Source: an uncultured Pseudomonadota bacterium (GTDB lineage: Bacteria > Pseudomonadota > Alphaproteobacteria > JACZXZ01). Taken from it: a stretch of 64,000 bases of DNA. Below are positions 31,835 through 41,164 of this stretch, piece by piece. Each line of letters begins with the position of its first letter. The stretch's first letter is position 1. The stretch is taken from the NCBI GenBank assembly GCA_963749075.1, contig CAVVLJ010000004.1, positions 224,001 through 288,000 on the forward strand, in the 5' to 3' direction. The translations under genes and the position numbers were made by a program. The notes under the pieces are model-generated. The model searched no databases. It worked only from the letters and a program-made list of their open reading frames with translations, and was not told the origin of the DNA.

Positions 31835-32653
31835 ATGGACGACAAGCTGCACCTCATCCTGGTCGGCGGCGGCAAGATGGGCGGCGCCATGCTGGCGGGC
31901 TGGCTCGCCCGCGGCCTGCCGCGCGAGAACGTGGCCGTGGTCGAGCCGGGTCCTGCCGCGGACGAGCTGAGGAAGCGCCACGGCGTCGCCGTGCACGCCG
32001 GGCCCGAGGCGATCGCTCCCGGCTTGCGGCCGGACGCAGTCGTCTTCGCGGTCAAGCCCCAGGCCATGGATGCGGCGGCACCGCCCTATCGCCGCTACGC
32101 GGGCGCCGGCACCGTCTTCCTCTCGATCGCCGCGGGCAAGACGATCGGCTATTTCCGCGCGCGTCTGGGGGATGCCGCCGCCATCGTGCGCGCCATGCCC
32201 AACACGCCGGCGGCGGTCGGCCGCGGCATGAGCGTGTGCTGCGCGGGGCCGGGCGTCCCGCCGGCAGGGCGGCAGCGCTGCACGGCGCTCCTCGAGGCGG
32301 TGGGCGAGGTCGCCTGGGTGGAGGACGAGGGGCTCATCGACGCGGTGACGGCGGTCTCGGGCGGGGGACCTGCCTACGTCTTCCTCCTCGTCGAATGCCT
32401 GGCCTCGGCGGGTCATGCTGCCGGGCTGCCGGCCGAGCTCGCACTCAAGATCGCGCGCTCGACGGTCGCCGGCTCGGGCGAGCTCCTGCGCCAGTCGTCC
32501 GAGCCACCCCAAGTGCTGCGCCAGAACGTGACCAGCCCCGGCGGCACCACCCTCGAGGCGCTCAAGATCCTCATGGCGCCGGACGGCATGGCAGCACTTT
32601 TCGAGCGCGCGGTCGCGGCCGCCACCCGCCGCTCGCGCGAGCTTGCGAGCTGA
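31835..32653 (+). CDS. proC: Pyrroline-5-carboxylate reductase
   Basis: G.GKMG, AVKPQ, RAMPNTP, TAVSG.GPAY, VTSPGGTT. Confidence 0.96.
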   Translation: MDDKLHLILVGGGKMGGAMLAGWLARGLPRENVAVVEPGPAADELRKRHGVAVHAGPEAIAPGLRPDAVVFAVKPQAMDAAAPPYRRYAGAGTVFLSIAAGKTIGYFRARLGDAAAIVRAMPNTPAAVGRGMSVCCAGPGVPPAGRQRCTALLEAVGEVAWVEDEGLIDAVTAVSGGGPAYVFLLVECLASAGHAAGLPAELALKIARSTVAGSGELLRQSSEPPQVLRQNVTSPGGTTLEALKILMAPDGMAALFERAVAAATRRSRELAS

Positions 32654-32663
32654 GTGGCGCGCC

Positions 32664-33149
32664 ATGGCGGCGCAGAAGACCCTCAGCGCGAGTGCCGCCA
32701 AGGTGCAGCAGGCCTTGCTGGCACTCGGCTTCGCCAATGAGGTGATCGAGCACGCCCAATCGACGCGCAGCGCCGCCGAGGCGGCGGCGGCGGTCGGCTG
32801 CAGCGTCGGCCAGATCGCCAAATCGATCGTCTTCCGTGCCAAGGGCTCGGGCCGCCCGATCCTCGTGGTGGCGAGCGGGCCCAACCGGGTGAGCGAGAAG
32901 GCGATCGAGGCGCTCATCGGCGAGCGGCTCGGCAAGGCGGATGCCGGCTATGTGCGCGAGCGCACCGGCTATGCCATCGGCGGCGTGCCGCCCGTGGCCC
33001 ATGCCGGGCGGCTCGAGACCTTCATCGACGAGGATCTGACGCGCTTTCCCGAGATCTGGGCGGCGGCGGGCACCCCGAACGCCGTCTTCAAGCTGACGCC
33101 GGACGAGCTCTTGCGCATGACCGGCGGCCGCGTGGTGCGCTTGGCCTGA
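32664..33149 (+). CDS. YbaK/EbsC family aminoacyl-tRNA deacylase
   Basis: QIAKSIV, TGYAIGGVPP, WAAAG. Confidence 0.9.
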   Translation: MAAQKTLSASAAKVQQALLALGFANEVIEHAQSTRSAAEAAAAVGCSVGQIAKSIVFRAKGSGRPILVVASGPNRVSEKAIEALIGERLGKADAGYVRERTGYAIGGVPPVAHAGRLETFIDEDLTRFPEIWAAAGTPNAVFKLTPDELLRMTGGRVVRLA

Positions 33150-33259
33150 GGACGGTGGCGGCAGCGCGTTTGGATATGCCCGCTTGGATATAGTGCCGGG
33201 CGGTCCCACTTAATGAGGGAGAGAGATCCCGCGATCCTGAGCCATGGGAGGGGACGGCG

Positions 33260-33889
33260 ATGGCGAAGCGAACGAGGAAGCCGAGCGATCCGGCCCGCCA
33301 CGCGGTCGACTGCGCGCTCGCGCTCGCCGCCGAGCGCGGCTGGCGGCGCGTCAGCCTCGGCGACATCGCGGCCGCGGCCAAGCTGCCGCTCGCCGAGCTC
33401 TACGGCCTCTACCCCTCGCGGGCGGCAATCCTCGCCGCCTTCTTCCGTGGCATCGACGAGGCGGTGCTCGCCCAAGGCAAGCCGGAGGGCGAGACGCCGC
33501 GCGACCGGCTCTTCGACCTCTTGATGCGCCGCTTCGAGGCCATGAGGCCCCATAAGCCGGGCCTCGAGGCGATCCTCGGCGAGGCGGCCCGCGACCCGCT
33601 CGCCCTCCTCTGCGCGGCACCGCGGCTCAAGCGCTCGATGGCCTGGACGCTCGAGGCCGCCGGCATCGCCAGCCACGGGCTTCTCGGCTGCCTCAGCGCC
33701 AAGGCCCTGGCGGCCGTCTATCTCGCGAGCCTGCGCAGCTGGCTCGCCGACGACAGCGCCGACATGAGCCGCACCATGGCCGCCCTCGACCGGCACTTGC
33801 GCCGCGCCGAGAGCTTGGCCGGGCTCTGCCGCGGCGTCGTCCGCCGGGGCAAGCGCGGCGCCGGCGCGGCGGAGGCCGCCGCCTCCTGA
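33260..33889 (+). CDS. TetR/AcrR family transcriptional regulator
   Basis: N-terminal HTH (LAAERGW...DIA...L.EL); RDRLFDLLMRRFE; MSRTMAALD. Confidence 0.85.
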   Translation: MAKRTRKPSDPARHAVDCALALAAERGWRRVSLGDIAAAAKLPLAELYGLYPSRAAILAAFFRGIDEAVLAQGKPEGETPRDRLFDLLMRRFEAMRPHKPGLEAILGEAARDPLALLCAAPRLKRSMAWTLEAAGIASHGLLGCLSAKALAAVYLASLRSWLADDSADMSRTMAALDRHLRRAESLAGLCRGVVRRGKRGAGAAEAAAS

Positions 33890-33966
33890 ACCGCTCCCCG
33901 TGCTGGCGAAAGGCGCGCCCGCCGAGCGCGCAATAAAATTACGAAACGTCGGCCCAGAGACATTTT

Positions 33967-34038
33967 TGTTGCACTGCAAAATATCCTTGACGCGGCGCCT
34001 GGCAAGGCCCATATTGGCATCGATGCTGCACTGCAACA
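33967..34038 (+). promoter_or_regulatory. Phasin promoter with two PhaR-like TGC boxes
   Basis: TGTTGCACTGCAAAA (33967) and TGCTGCACTGCAACA (34024) flank TTGACG-N17-CATATT. Confidence 0.65.
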
Positions 34039-34063
34039 TGAACCGTTGAGAGGAGGCTTCCCC

Positions 34064-34504
34064 ATGTCCAAGCCCTTCAGTCCCTTCGGTGAGCTCGATT
34101 TCAGCAAATACATGAGCGAGCTCAAGTTCCCCGGCGTCGACCTCGATCAGCTGGCGAACTCCTATCGCAAGAACATCGAGGCCTTCACCTCGGCGAGCCA
34201 GGTCGCCGTCGAGGGCGCCCAGTCGGTGGCGAAGCGCCAGGCCGAGATCCTGCGCGAGACGATGGAGGAGTACGGCAAGCTGCTGCGCGAATATTCGGCT
34301 CCCGCGAATGCCGAGGAAGCCGCCGCCAAGCAGGCCGAGACCGCCAAGCGCACCTTCGAGGCGACGCTTACCCACATGCGCGAGATCAGCGACATGATCG
34401 CCAAGACCAACAACCAGTCGCTGGAGCTCATCAACAAGCGCGTCTCCGAGCTCCTCGAGGAGGTCCGGGCGATGACCAAGCCGAAGACCAAGGCAGCCGC
34501 CTGA
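34064..34504 (+). CDS. phaP: Phasin (PHA granule protein)
   Basis: RKNIEA...A.Q...EG...V.KRQ.EI; helical; GAGGAGG RBS. Confidence 0.85.
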   Translation: MSKPFSPFGELDFSKYMSELKFPGVDLDQLANSYRKNIEAFTSASQVAVEGAQSVAKRQAEILRETMEEYGKLLREYSAPANAEEAAAKQAETAKRTFEATLTHMREISDMIAKTNNQSLELINKRVSELLEEVRAMTKPKTKAAA

Positions 34505-34685
34505 CCCGCACGGTCGCACGAAGCTAGCCGCGCGCCCCTCGAGGCGCGCGGAGCCGGCCAGGCGAAGGGTCGCCTCTCTGGGGCGGCCCTTTGCACGCGC
34601 CCAATCTTTGATGCGGCGATCTTGCCGGCCAGGCGGGCCGATGGTAGCGTGCGCGCCTCGCAAACGGGGAGCGTGCCGGGCGGCC

Positions 34686-35024
34686 ATGACGGAGATCAGC
34701 TACGCGGATTTCGAGCGCGTCGACATCCGGGTCGGCACCATCGTCGAGGCCGAGGCCTACCCCGAGGCGAGGAAGCCCGCCTTCAAGCTCAAGGTGGATT
34801 TCGGGCCGGCGCTCGGCATCAAGCGGACCTCGGCGCAGATCACCAAGCATTACGCGCTCGCCGGGCTGGTCGGCCGCCAGGTCGCCGCGGTGGTCAACTT
34901 CCCGCCCAAGCAGATCGGCAAGTTCATGAGCGAGGTGCTGGTGCTCGGCTTTCCCGACGCGGAGGGCGGCGTGGTGCTGGTCCAGCCAAGCCTCGGCGTG
35001 CCCAACGGCGGCAAGCTCTTCTGA
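34686..35024 (+). CDS. csaA: tRNA-binding / export chaperone CsaA
   Basis: DF..VDIRVGTI, SAQIT.HY, VVNFPPKQIG.FMSEVLVLG. Confidence 0.92.
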   Translation: MTEISYADFERVDIRVGTIVEAEAYPEARKPAFKLKVDFGPALGIKRTSAQITKHYALAGLVGRQVAAVVNFPPKQIGKFMSEVLVLGFPDAEGGVVLVQPSLGVPNGGKLF

Positions 35025-35092
35025 GCGGCTCTGCGCTCGGCGTGGCATGCTCAGTGCGGAAGCCGAGCATTGAGCTTGGCCACAGGGTGGTC

Positions 35093-36127
35093 CTATCGGG
35101 TTCTGAAGTCCGCCAGACGGGTGCATTCGATCAGGCGGTCAAGGTTCTGCAGAGTGAAGACCTTGCCGCCTGTGGCAAGCAATAGCTTCTTCATGTCTTC
35201 ACGCCGTACACTGAAGCCCCGCCCAGCGATGCAAGCGATGACCTGAAAATGCGGCTCTTGGCCGGCGCTGCGTTCGCGCATGCTCAGCGAATGGAGGTGT
35301 TGCACTCGGGTGACCTTGTCACGAGCCGTGCCGTCGTCCTCGGTGACCTTCGCCTCGATGACGGCGAATGGATTGAACTCGTTCGGGATGATGAAGTCAG
35401 GCGCCTGATCAAACCCTTCCACCCGCTCGGCCCGTTTGGTCTTGCGATAGCTGACCCCTCCTGCTGTCAGGGCGTCCTCTATCGCGGCCTCGAGCACGTC
35501 CCCGATCAGTTCGCTCACAGAGTCGCGGTGCCCCGCAAAGGGTCGTCCGAGAAAACGATCGTAGAGCATCATCGCATAAGGGACACCGAGATCGGCCAAA
35601 GGCTGGAGACTGGCAAGGCCGCGCTTTGTGTCGACCTTATCTAGGCGGTGCAGGACGCCCGCTGCGGTAGCCGGCGCACCCTCATCGAGAAGATGACAGG
35701 CAGTGACGACGAGAGCACTAAGCCGGTCGTCGGTAAGGCCTGCGCTCAGCCTAAGCGGTACCAGAGGGGCCAAGCGAATTTTGCGATCAAGCGCCCGCGC
35801 GGCACTTTGACTCACCGTCACGCCAGTGTGCTCGCTTGCAACATATGCCCACTCAGGAGGGGTAAATCCGAGTATCGTTCGCAGCACGATGAGGGCGATC
35901 GGCATACGGTGCGTAATCGCCAGTACCGAATCGGGCTGAATGTCGCGGAAGCCGCCGGTGCCGCGCTTGAGTGCTTCGTACCCTTGCTCGAATACCGGAT
36001 ACTCGATAAAGCCCGGCCCCTTCGGGAGCCTCATGAATTCAGAGTGCAGGCAGGCGAAGACCGCATCGACATAGGACTCAATATCGGCTTTGACCTGCTC
36101 GAGGGTCGCCTCAAAAGGAAATGACAT
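35093..36127 (-). CDS. Putative PD-(D/E)xK endonuclease (restriction-enzyme-like); start may be 36145
   Basis: PDFIIP...VIEAK catalytic motif, then GTARDK; overlaps the methyltransferase 3' end; lower GC. Confidence 0.7.
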   Translation of the reverse strand: MSFPFEATLEQVKADIESYVDAVFACLHSEFMRLPKGPGFIEYPVFEQGYEALKRGTGGFRDIQPDSVLAITHRMPIALIVLRTILGFTPPEWAYVASEHTGVTVSQSAARALDRKIRLAPLVPLRLSAGLTDDRLSALVVTACHLLDEGAPATAAGVLHRLDKVDTKRGLASLQPLADLGVPYAMMLYDRFLGRPFAGHRDSVSELIGDVLEAAIEDALTAGGVSYRKTKRAERVEGFDQAPDFIIPNEFNPFAVIEAKVTEDDGTARDKVTRVQHLHSLSMRERSAGQEPHFQVIACIAGRGFSVRREDMKKLLLATGGKVFTLQNLDRLIECTRLADFRTR

Positions 36128-38321
36128 CGCGCTCTTCTTCGCCATGACCATCTTCTCGGGCAAAAAGCGGCGTGCGTTCAACCGGCTCAAAATCGACGGT
36201 TGACCCTCTCTGGACGAAGCTGCCGATCACTGCGCTAAGGTCGCCGTAGGTGTCGACGACCTGGGCGATCTTCTTGAGACGCTTCTCCGTGGGTAACGTT
36301 CGGTCCCATCCCGTACGCAAGCGCCAGATCGCCATGCGCGTGAGATGTCCATAGACGATGCAGCGTGTGTCGCCGGCGGTCGGCTTCATCCCGGCGCTCC
36401 GAAGCTGGGCGAGTTCGTCGCGTACACTATCCGACAGCTGGCGGAGCGTGTCGAAAATTTGGCTGCGCCGCGCGCGGCCGTGCATACGGCATACGAAGAC
36501 CGTATCCACGATCGATGATCCGGTCCCATGGATGTGGATTGATCCCCCCATTTCCGCGGGACAGGGGATTGTCGCCGAGCACGTAAGCCCAGCATCAAGG
36601 ATCGCAACCCCGACTGCATGGTAGGCTTTCAACCGGTTATGGTGGAAAGTGAAGGCCAGGGGCGCTTCAGGCTTTAGTGCCCCCGCCATAGCAAGGTAGA
36701 CGGATGCAAGGCCTTCGGTAAAATGTTCGATGCCACGCGCTTGCGTGACGTTGCCAGTCAACTCGTCAATCGAACGTGTCGATCCGCGGTCGAAGCCCTC
36801 GAAACTCTCGCCCACCAGCCGACGGAGCCAGACATAGCAAAAATCCATCAGCTCGCCGTACTGAACATTTCCGAAATATGGAGGATCGGTGAAGACTGCG
36901 TCCAGGCTGGCCGGTTCCAGCGTTAGCGCAGTCGAGCTGGTGCAACGTAAGGTGATTGACCGTGGTCGACGGCCGTTGAAGCGCTCGCCAATCCATTCGC
37001 CTTTTATCGGCACAAATACCTTGCGGCCATGATCTCGCCGAACCTCGAAGGGCTCATCGCAGTAGCGCTTTGCTTTGTAATATTTCTCGACAATGTTGGA
37101 CCAGCCGCCCGAACCTACGCTGGCGCCTTCGCCGTTCGCAATGCCAAGGAGATTCGACTCGCAATAGACAAGGCCTACTGGAAAGCCATGAATAGAAAAA
37201 ATGTCGAGCGACTTCAGCGCCATCGTGTCATAGCGACAAAGCATATTCTGATAGCGCAGTAAATCAGACAGGTTGGTCGCAAGGGCTCGGCGGATGCGCT
37301 CGCTGGGGATGGCAGCGATCAGGCGGCAGCTTAGCTCCAACCCAAGAAGTTGGCGCTCGTTAAACATTTCCCGGTAGCGCTGATATCCCCAACGATGCAG
37401 CCGGTCCGTCTCATCGCCGGGCAGAATTTCTTGATCAGGTACATATTTCGGTGCCACGTCCCGCCAAAGTTCCACCACAGCTTTGTAACGCTCCAAGTCG
37501 TGCGCGTCGGGCTTCTTAAAAAATCGGCCGCGGTGCTTGCCCCGTCGTCGGGGGTTGTAATATTCGATCGCGAACATCCGATGCCGATGCGGTCCTGCTT
37601 CTGGCCGTGGATATGCGTTTATATGCCCGCAACGTTGGCAGGAGCACCGATTGCGCTTGGCCGGGCCGGGATCTCTCAACTGCTCTGAGCACGTCCCACA
37701 GCTGCCAGGGTGCTTCGGGTCGTCGACCTCATTGAGTTCGCCACAGCCAGGGCACACAAGGACATAGAGCGGGTGCCGAGTGTCGTCGGCAACGAGGTAG
37801 CCAGGAAATAAATCGATGTCCCGACCACAGTGCCGACAATCGATCACCTTAACCCAAAGAAAATATTTAACGGAAACGTCGCAGTCGCCGTAACGCGGAC
37901 AATTCGTGCGATAGGCCTGTCCGATCTCGGTGCCGAGGGTAGCCATCAGCTCCGCCGCGGCCCGGCGATAAGCGGCGAGATCGATATGCTCAAGCTCCTC
38001 GCGAACGATCCACGCGGCCATCGGATTGATATCGAACCCGAGCACATCGCAGCCAATACGATTGGCTTCGATGAGCGGCGTGCCGCCGCCCATAAAGGGG
38101 TCGGCAACCCTTCGTTCCGGGAAATCGTGCGTACGAAAGAAGCTTTCACGAAGCGGCTCGTCACAGAATTCGGCCAAGGCCAATCCCCGGAAGAGAGTAC
38201 CGGGGCGCCGCGCGAACCATTTGTGGACGGCGATGATGGGCCGGTAGTTCTGCTGAATTTGTTTCTCCTTCAGCGCCATCGCCGCGATGAAGGCTGTATC
38301 GAACTGTCTTTCGATGGACAT
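36111..38321 (-). CDS. Zn-ribbon-containing amino DNA methyltransferase (COG1743/DUF1156-like)
   Basis: HKWFARRP, motif I DPFMGGG, several CxxC pairs, motif IV TDPPY; lower GC. Confidence 0.85.
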   Translation of the reverse strand: MSIERQFDTAFIAAMALKEKQIQQNYRPIIAVHKWFARRPGTLFRGLALAEFCDEPLRESFFRTHDFPERRVADPFMGGGTPLIEANRIGCDVLGFDINPMAAWIVREELEHIDLAAYRRAAAELMATLGTEIGQAYRTNCPRYGDCDVSVKYFLWVKVIDCRHCGRDIDLFPGYLVADDTRHPLYVLVCPGCGELNEVDDPKHPGSCGTCSEQLRDPGPAKRNRCSCQRCGHINAYPRPEAGPHRHRMFAIEYYNPRRRGKHRGRFFKKPDAHDLERYKAVVELWRDVAPKYVPDQEILPGDETDRLHRWGYQRYREMFNERQLLGLELSCRLIAAIPSERIRRALATNLSDLLRYQNMLCRYDTMALKSLDIFSIHGFPVGLVYCESNLLGIANGEGASVGSGGWSNIVEKYYKAKRYCDEPFEVRRDHGRKVFVPIKGEWIGERFNGRRPRSITLRCTSSTALTLEPASLDAVFTDPPYFGNVQYGELMDFCYVWLRRLVGESFEGFDRGSTRSIDELTGNVTQARGIEHFTEGLASVYLAMAGALKPEAPLAFTFHHNRLKAYHAVGVAILDAGLTCSATIPCPAEMGGSIHIHGTGSSIVDTVFVCRMHGRARRSQIFDTLRQLSDSVRDELAQLRSAGMKPTAGDTRCIVYGHLTRMAIWRLRTGWDRTLPTEKRLKKIAQVVDTYGDLSAVIGSFVQRGSTVDFEPVERTPLFAREDGHGEEERDVISF

Positions 38322-38385
38322 TGGGGGCCGTTACGGTTTGGCGGCGGCGCTCTCGATTTAGTTGGCTAGCGCCTGGAGCAGGCCA

Positions 38386-38418
38386 AGCTTATGCTCGGCT
38401 TGAGAACAATACAAGAAC
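38386..38418 (-). promoter_or_regulatory. LexA (SOS) box overlapping a sigma70-like promoter of the methyltransferase operon
   Basis: Minus strand GTTC-TTGTATT-GTTC (38418-38404) equals alphaproteobacterial GTTC-N7-GTTC; it overlaps TTGTAT-N17-TAAGCT. Confidence 0.65.
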
Positions 38419-38443
38419 GAAAATCACGTGGAGTCGAGCGCCC

Positions 38444-39058
38444 TCACGCCGCGCGTTTCCACCAGGCCGAGAGGCGGTGGCGCAGCAGGTCCCAGACGAC
38501 GTGGCCGCTGCCGCTCACCCAGTTGAGCTGGACGACCTTGCGCGGGCCGACGAAGAGCTTGTGGCCGTGGTAGGAGCGGCTGCTCCTGCGGAAGGCGAGC
38601 ATGAGGCCCGCCTCGGGCGGCACCTCGAAGGCGTAGTCCTCGAGATCCTTGGGCGAGCGCAGCAGCCTCAAGCGTCCGCCCGAAGGCTCCCACGGCTCGT
38701 TCAGGTAGATGAGCACGGTGATGATCTTGCTCTTCGAGTCCGTATGGATGAAGCCGTCGCGCTCGCCCGAGCGGCCGCGCACCGTCACCATGGTGGGCCG
38801 GCCGGCAAGATCCAGGGCGAACTTGGCCTCGATCGCCGCGCGGAACTCCGGCCCTTCGAGCTCGGCCAAGAGCGCCGCGAAAGTCTCGCCGTAGCTGAGC
38901 TTGTCCAAGGGAAAGCTCCCCGGCTCGGCGATCGCGGGATAGCTCGCGCGCACCTCGGCGAGCGTCGCCTCCCGCACGAAGCCGGGAACGACGACGAACT
39001 CGTAGGGTTCGGCCGCAAGCGGCGTCTTGGCGAGGCGGTCGAGGTCGAGAAACTTCAT
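38444..39058 (-). CDS. 2OG-Fe(II) oxygenase
   Basis: HTD, LIYLN..W...GG.L.L, distal H and R (SYHGH....G.R). Confidence 0.88.
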   Translation of the reverse strand: MKFLDLDRLAKTPLAAEPYEFVVVPGFVREATLAEVRASYPAIAEPGSFPLDKLSYGETFAALLAELEGPEFRAAIEAKFALDLAGRPTMVTVRGRSGERDGFIHTDSKSKIITVLIYLNEPWEPSGGRLRLLRSPKDLEDYAFEVPPEAGLMLAFRRSSRSYHGHKLFVGPRKVVQLNWVSGSGHVVWDLLRHRLSAWWKRAA

Positions 39059-39108
39059 GAGCTATTTTAACACGGGGCCGGGAGCGCGCGAAACCGCCTC
39101 TCCGCCTT

Positions 39109-40422
39109 TCACAACGGCAGCCTGAGGCGCGCGCGCAGGCCGCCCAAGGGCGAGTCGTCGAGCAGTATGTCGCCGCCATGGGCGCGCACCACGTCGCGCG
39201 CGATGGTGAGGCCGAGGCCGACGCCGCCCGTCTCGAGGTTGCGCGAGGGATCGAGGCGGAAGAAGGCGCGGAACACCGCCTCGCGCTGGTCCGCGGGGAT
39301 GCCCGGCCCGTCGTCGTCGACCAGGACCTCGACCGCGTCGGCGCGCCGCCCGGCGCGCACCTGGACGTGCTTGCCGTAGCGCACCGCGTTGAGCACGACG
39401 TTCATGAGGCAGCGCCGGATGGCGTCGAGCCTCAAGGGGAGCACGAGATGCTCCTCGGTGTGGAGGTCGATCTTGGCGCCCTCCTTGCGGGCGCTCGCCA
39501 CCACCTGCTCGAGCACGGCCGAGATGTCGGCGGGCTCGGGCGCCCCGCTGCCCTCGCCGCGGGCAAAGGCGAGGTAGCCGTCGACCATCTTCTCCATCTC
39601 CTCGACGTCGGCCTTGAGCTCCTCGATCTCGGCATCGTCGCCGAGCATGGCGAGCTGCAGCTTCATGCGCGTGAGCGGCGTGCGCAGATCGTGCGAGACG
39701 CCCGCGAGCATCTCGGTGCGCTGCTCGATCTGGCGCTTGATGCGGGCGCGCATCTCGATGAAGGCCTGCGCCGCCTGGCGCACCTCGGCGGCACCCGCCG
39801 GGCGGAAGTTGGGCACGTCGCGGCCCTTGCCGAAGCTGTTGGCGGCGGCGGCAAGCCGCCGGATCGGGCGCACCTGGTTGCGCATGAAGATGGTGGCGAT
39901 GGCGAGCAGCACCAAGGACGAGCCCACCATCCACAGGGTGAAGATGGTGGTGGTCGGGCTGAACAGGCGCTTGCGCGTGGTGGTGGTGACGAGGACGCCC
40001 TCGGGCAGCTGCACGCGGATCTCGATGTCGTGCTCGATCTCGGTCTCGCCCACGCGGTAGGGCTGGGTGAGGCTCTCCTCGAGGGCCGGCACGAGGACGT
40101 GGGCGAGCTCGGAGGAGTCGGCGTCCGGCTCGGGACCTGCCAGCTTGGCGCCGGCGTCGAGCGTCGCCCGGATGCCCATGCGGCCGTCCGCCATCTCGAA
40201 GATCCAGTGCCGGCTCTCGGCATCGGGATACTGCTCGAGATAGGCGACGATGAGTGCGATGTCGCCGGCCAGGTTGCTGGCGAGCCGGCGCGTCACCGTG
40301 TCCCAATGGCGCTCGTAGAACACCGTGGTGGCGACGACCTGCAGCAGCACGAGCGGCGTCACGATGATGAGGAGCGAGCGCGCGAGGAGCGTGCGCGGCA
40401 GGTATCGCTTGAGCCACGGCAT
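39109..40422 (-). CDS. EnvZ-like sensor histidine kinase
   Basis: Two TMs, HAMP, SHDLRTPLTR H-box, DDGPGIP, GVGLGL. Confidence 0.93.
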   Translation of the reverse strand: MPWLKRYLPRTLLARSLLIIVTPLVLLQVVATTVFYERHWDTVTRRLASNLAGDIALIVAYLEQYPDAESRHWIFEMADGRMGIRATLDAGAKLAGPEPDADSSELAHVLVPALEESLTQPYRVGETEIEHDIEIRVQLPEGVLVTTTTRKRLFSPTTTIFTLWMVGSSLVLLAIATIFMRNQVRPIRRLAAAANSFGKGRDVPNFRPAGAAEVRQAAQAFIEMRARIKRQIEQRTEMLAGVSHDLRTPLTRMKLQLAMLGDDAEIEELKADVEEMEKMVDGYLAFARGEGSGAPEPADISAVLEQVVASARKEGAKIDLHTEEHLVLPLRLDAIRRCLMNVVLNAVRYGKHVQVRAGRRADAVEVLVDDDGPGIPADQREAVFRAFFRLDPSRNLETGGVGLGLTIARDVVRAHGGDILLDDSPLGGLRARLRLPL

Positions 40423-40433
40423 GCCGGTCTCCC

Positions 40434-41123
40434 TCAGTCGGGGCGCAGCATATAGCCCTTGCCGCGCACCGTATGGAGGTAGCGCGGCACGCGCGGATCG
40501 GGCTCGATCTTGCGCCTGAGGCGCGTCACCTGCACGTCGATCGCCCGTGTGTTGCCCGAGACCTCGCTCTCGGCGGCGAGGCGCTCGCGCGAGAGCGGCT
40601 GGCCGGCGTGGCTAGCGAGGATGCGCAAGAGCCGCGCCTCGCTCTCGGTGAGCTTGAGGACGGCTCCCTCGCGGCTCAGCTCGTCGCGCTTGAGGTCGAA
40701 GGCGCAGGCGCCGAGGCGCACCCGGGTGATCGCCGCCACGGCCTCCGCCGCCGGCATGCGGGCGAGGATGCGCTGGATGCGTAAGACGAGCTCGCGCGGC
40801 TCGAAGGGCTTGGCGAGATAGTCGTCGGCGCCGCGCTCGAGGCCGCGGATGCGCTCGGCGGGCTCGCCCATGGCGGTGAGCATGAGGATCGGCACCTGGC
40901 TCTTGAGGCGCAGCGCCTCGGTGAACTCGAGGCCGTTCTGACCCGGCATCATCAGGTCCAGCACGATGAGGTCGAAGGCGAGGCTCTCGAGCCGCGCCCA
41001 GGCCTCGGCGGCATTGCCGGCCACCGTGACGCGGAAGCCCCGCTCGGCAAGATAGCGGCGCAAGAGCTCGCGCAGACGCTTGTCGTCGTCGACGACGAGG
41101 ATGTAGGGCGGCTCGCTGGACAT
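40434..41123 (-). CDS. OmpR-family response regulator (PetR-like)
   Basis: LVVDDD, LDLMMPG, GADDYLAKPF, winged helix RAIDVQVTRLRRKIE. Confidence 0.94.
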   Translation of the reverse strand: MSSEPPYILVVDDDKRLRELLRRYLAERGFRVTVAGNAAEAWARLESLAFDLIVLDLMMPGQNGLEFTEALRLKSQVPILMLTAMGEPAERIRGLERGADDYLAKPFEPRELVLRIQRILARMPAAEAVAAITRVRLGACAFDLKRDELSREGAVLKLTESEARLLRILASHAGQPLSRERLAAESEVSGNTRAIDVQVTRLRRKIEPDPRVPRYLHTVRGKGYMLRPD

Positions 41124-41164
41124 GGCCGATTATACCCCAGAGGCGCGCCAAAAAGGAGTTGCTT

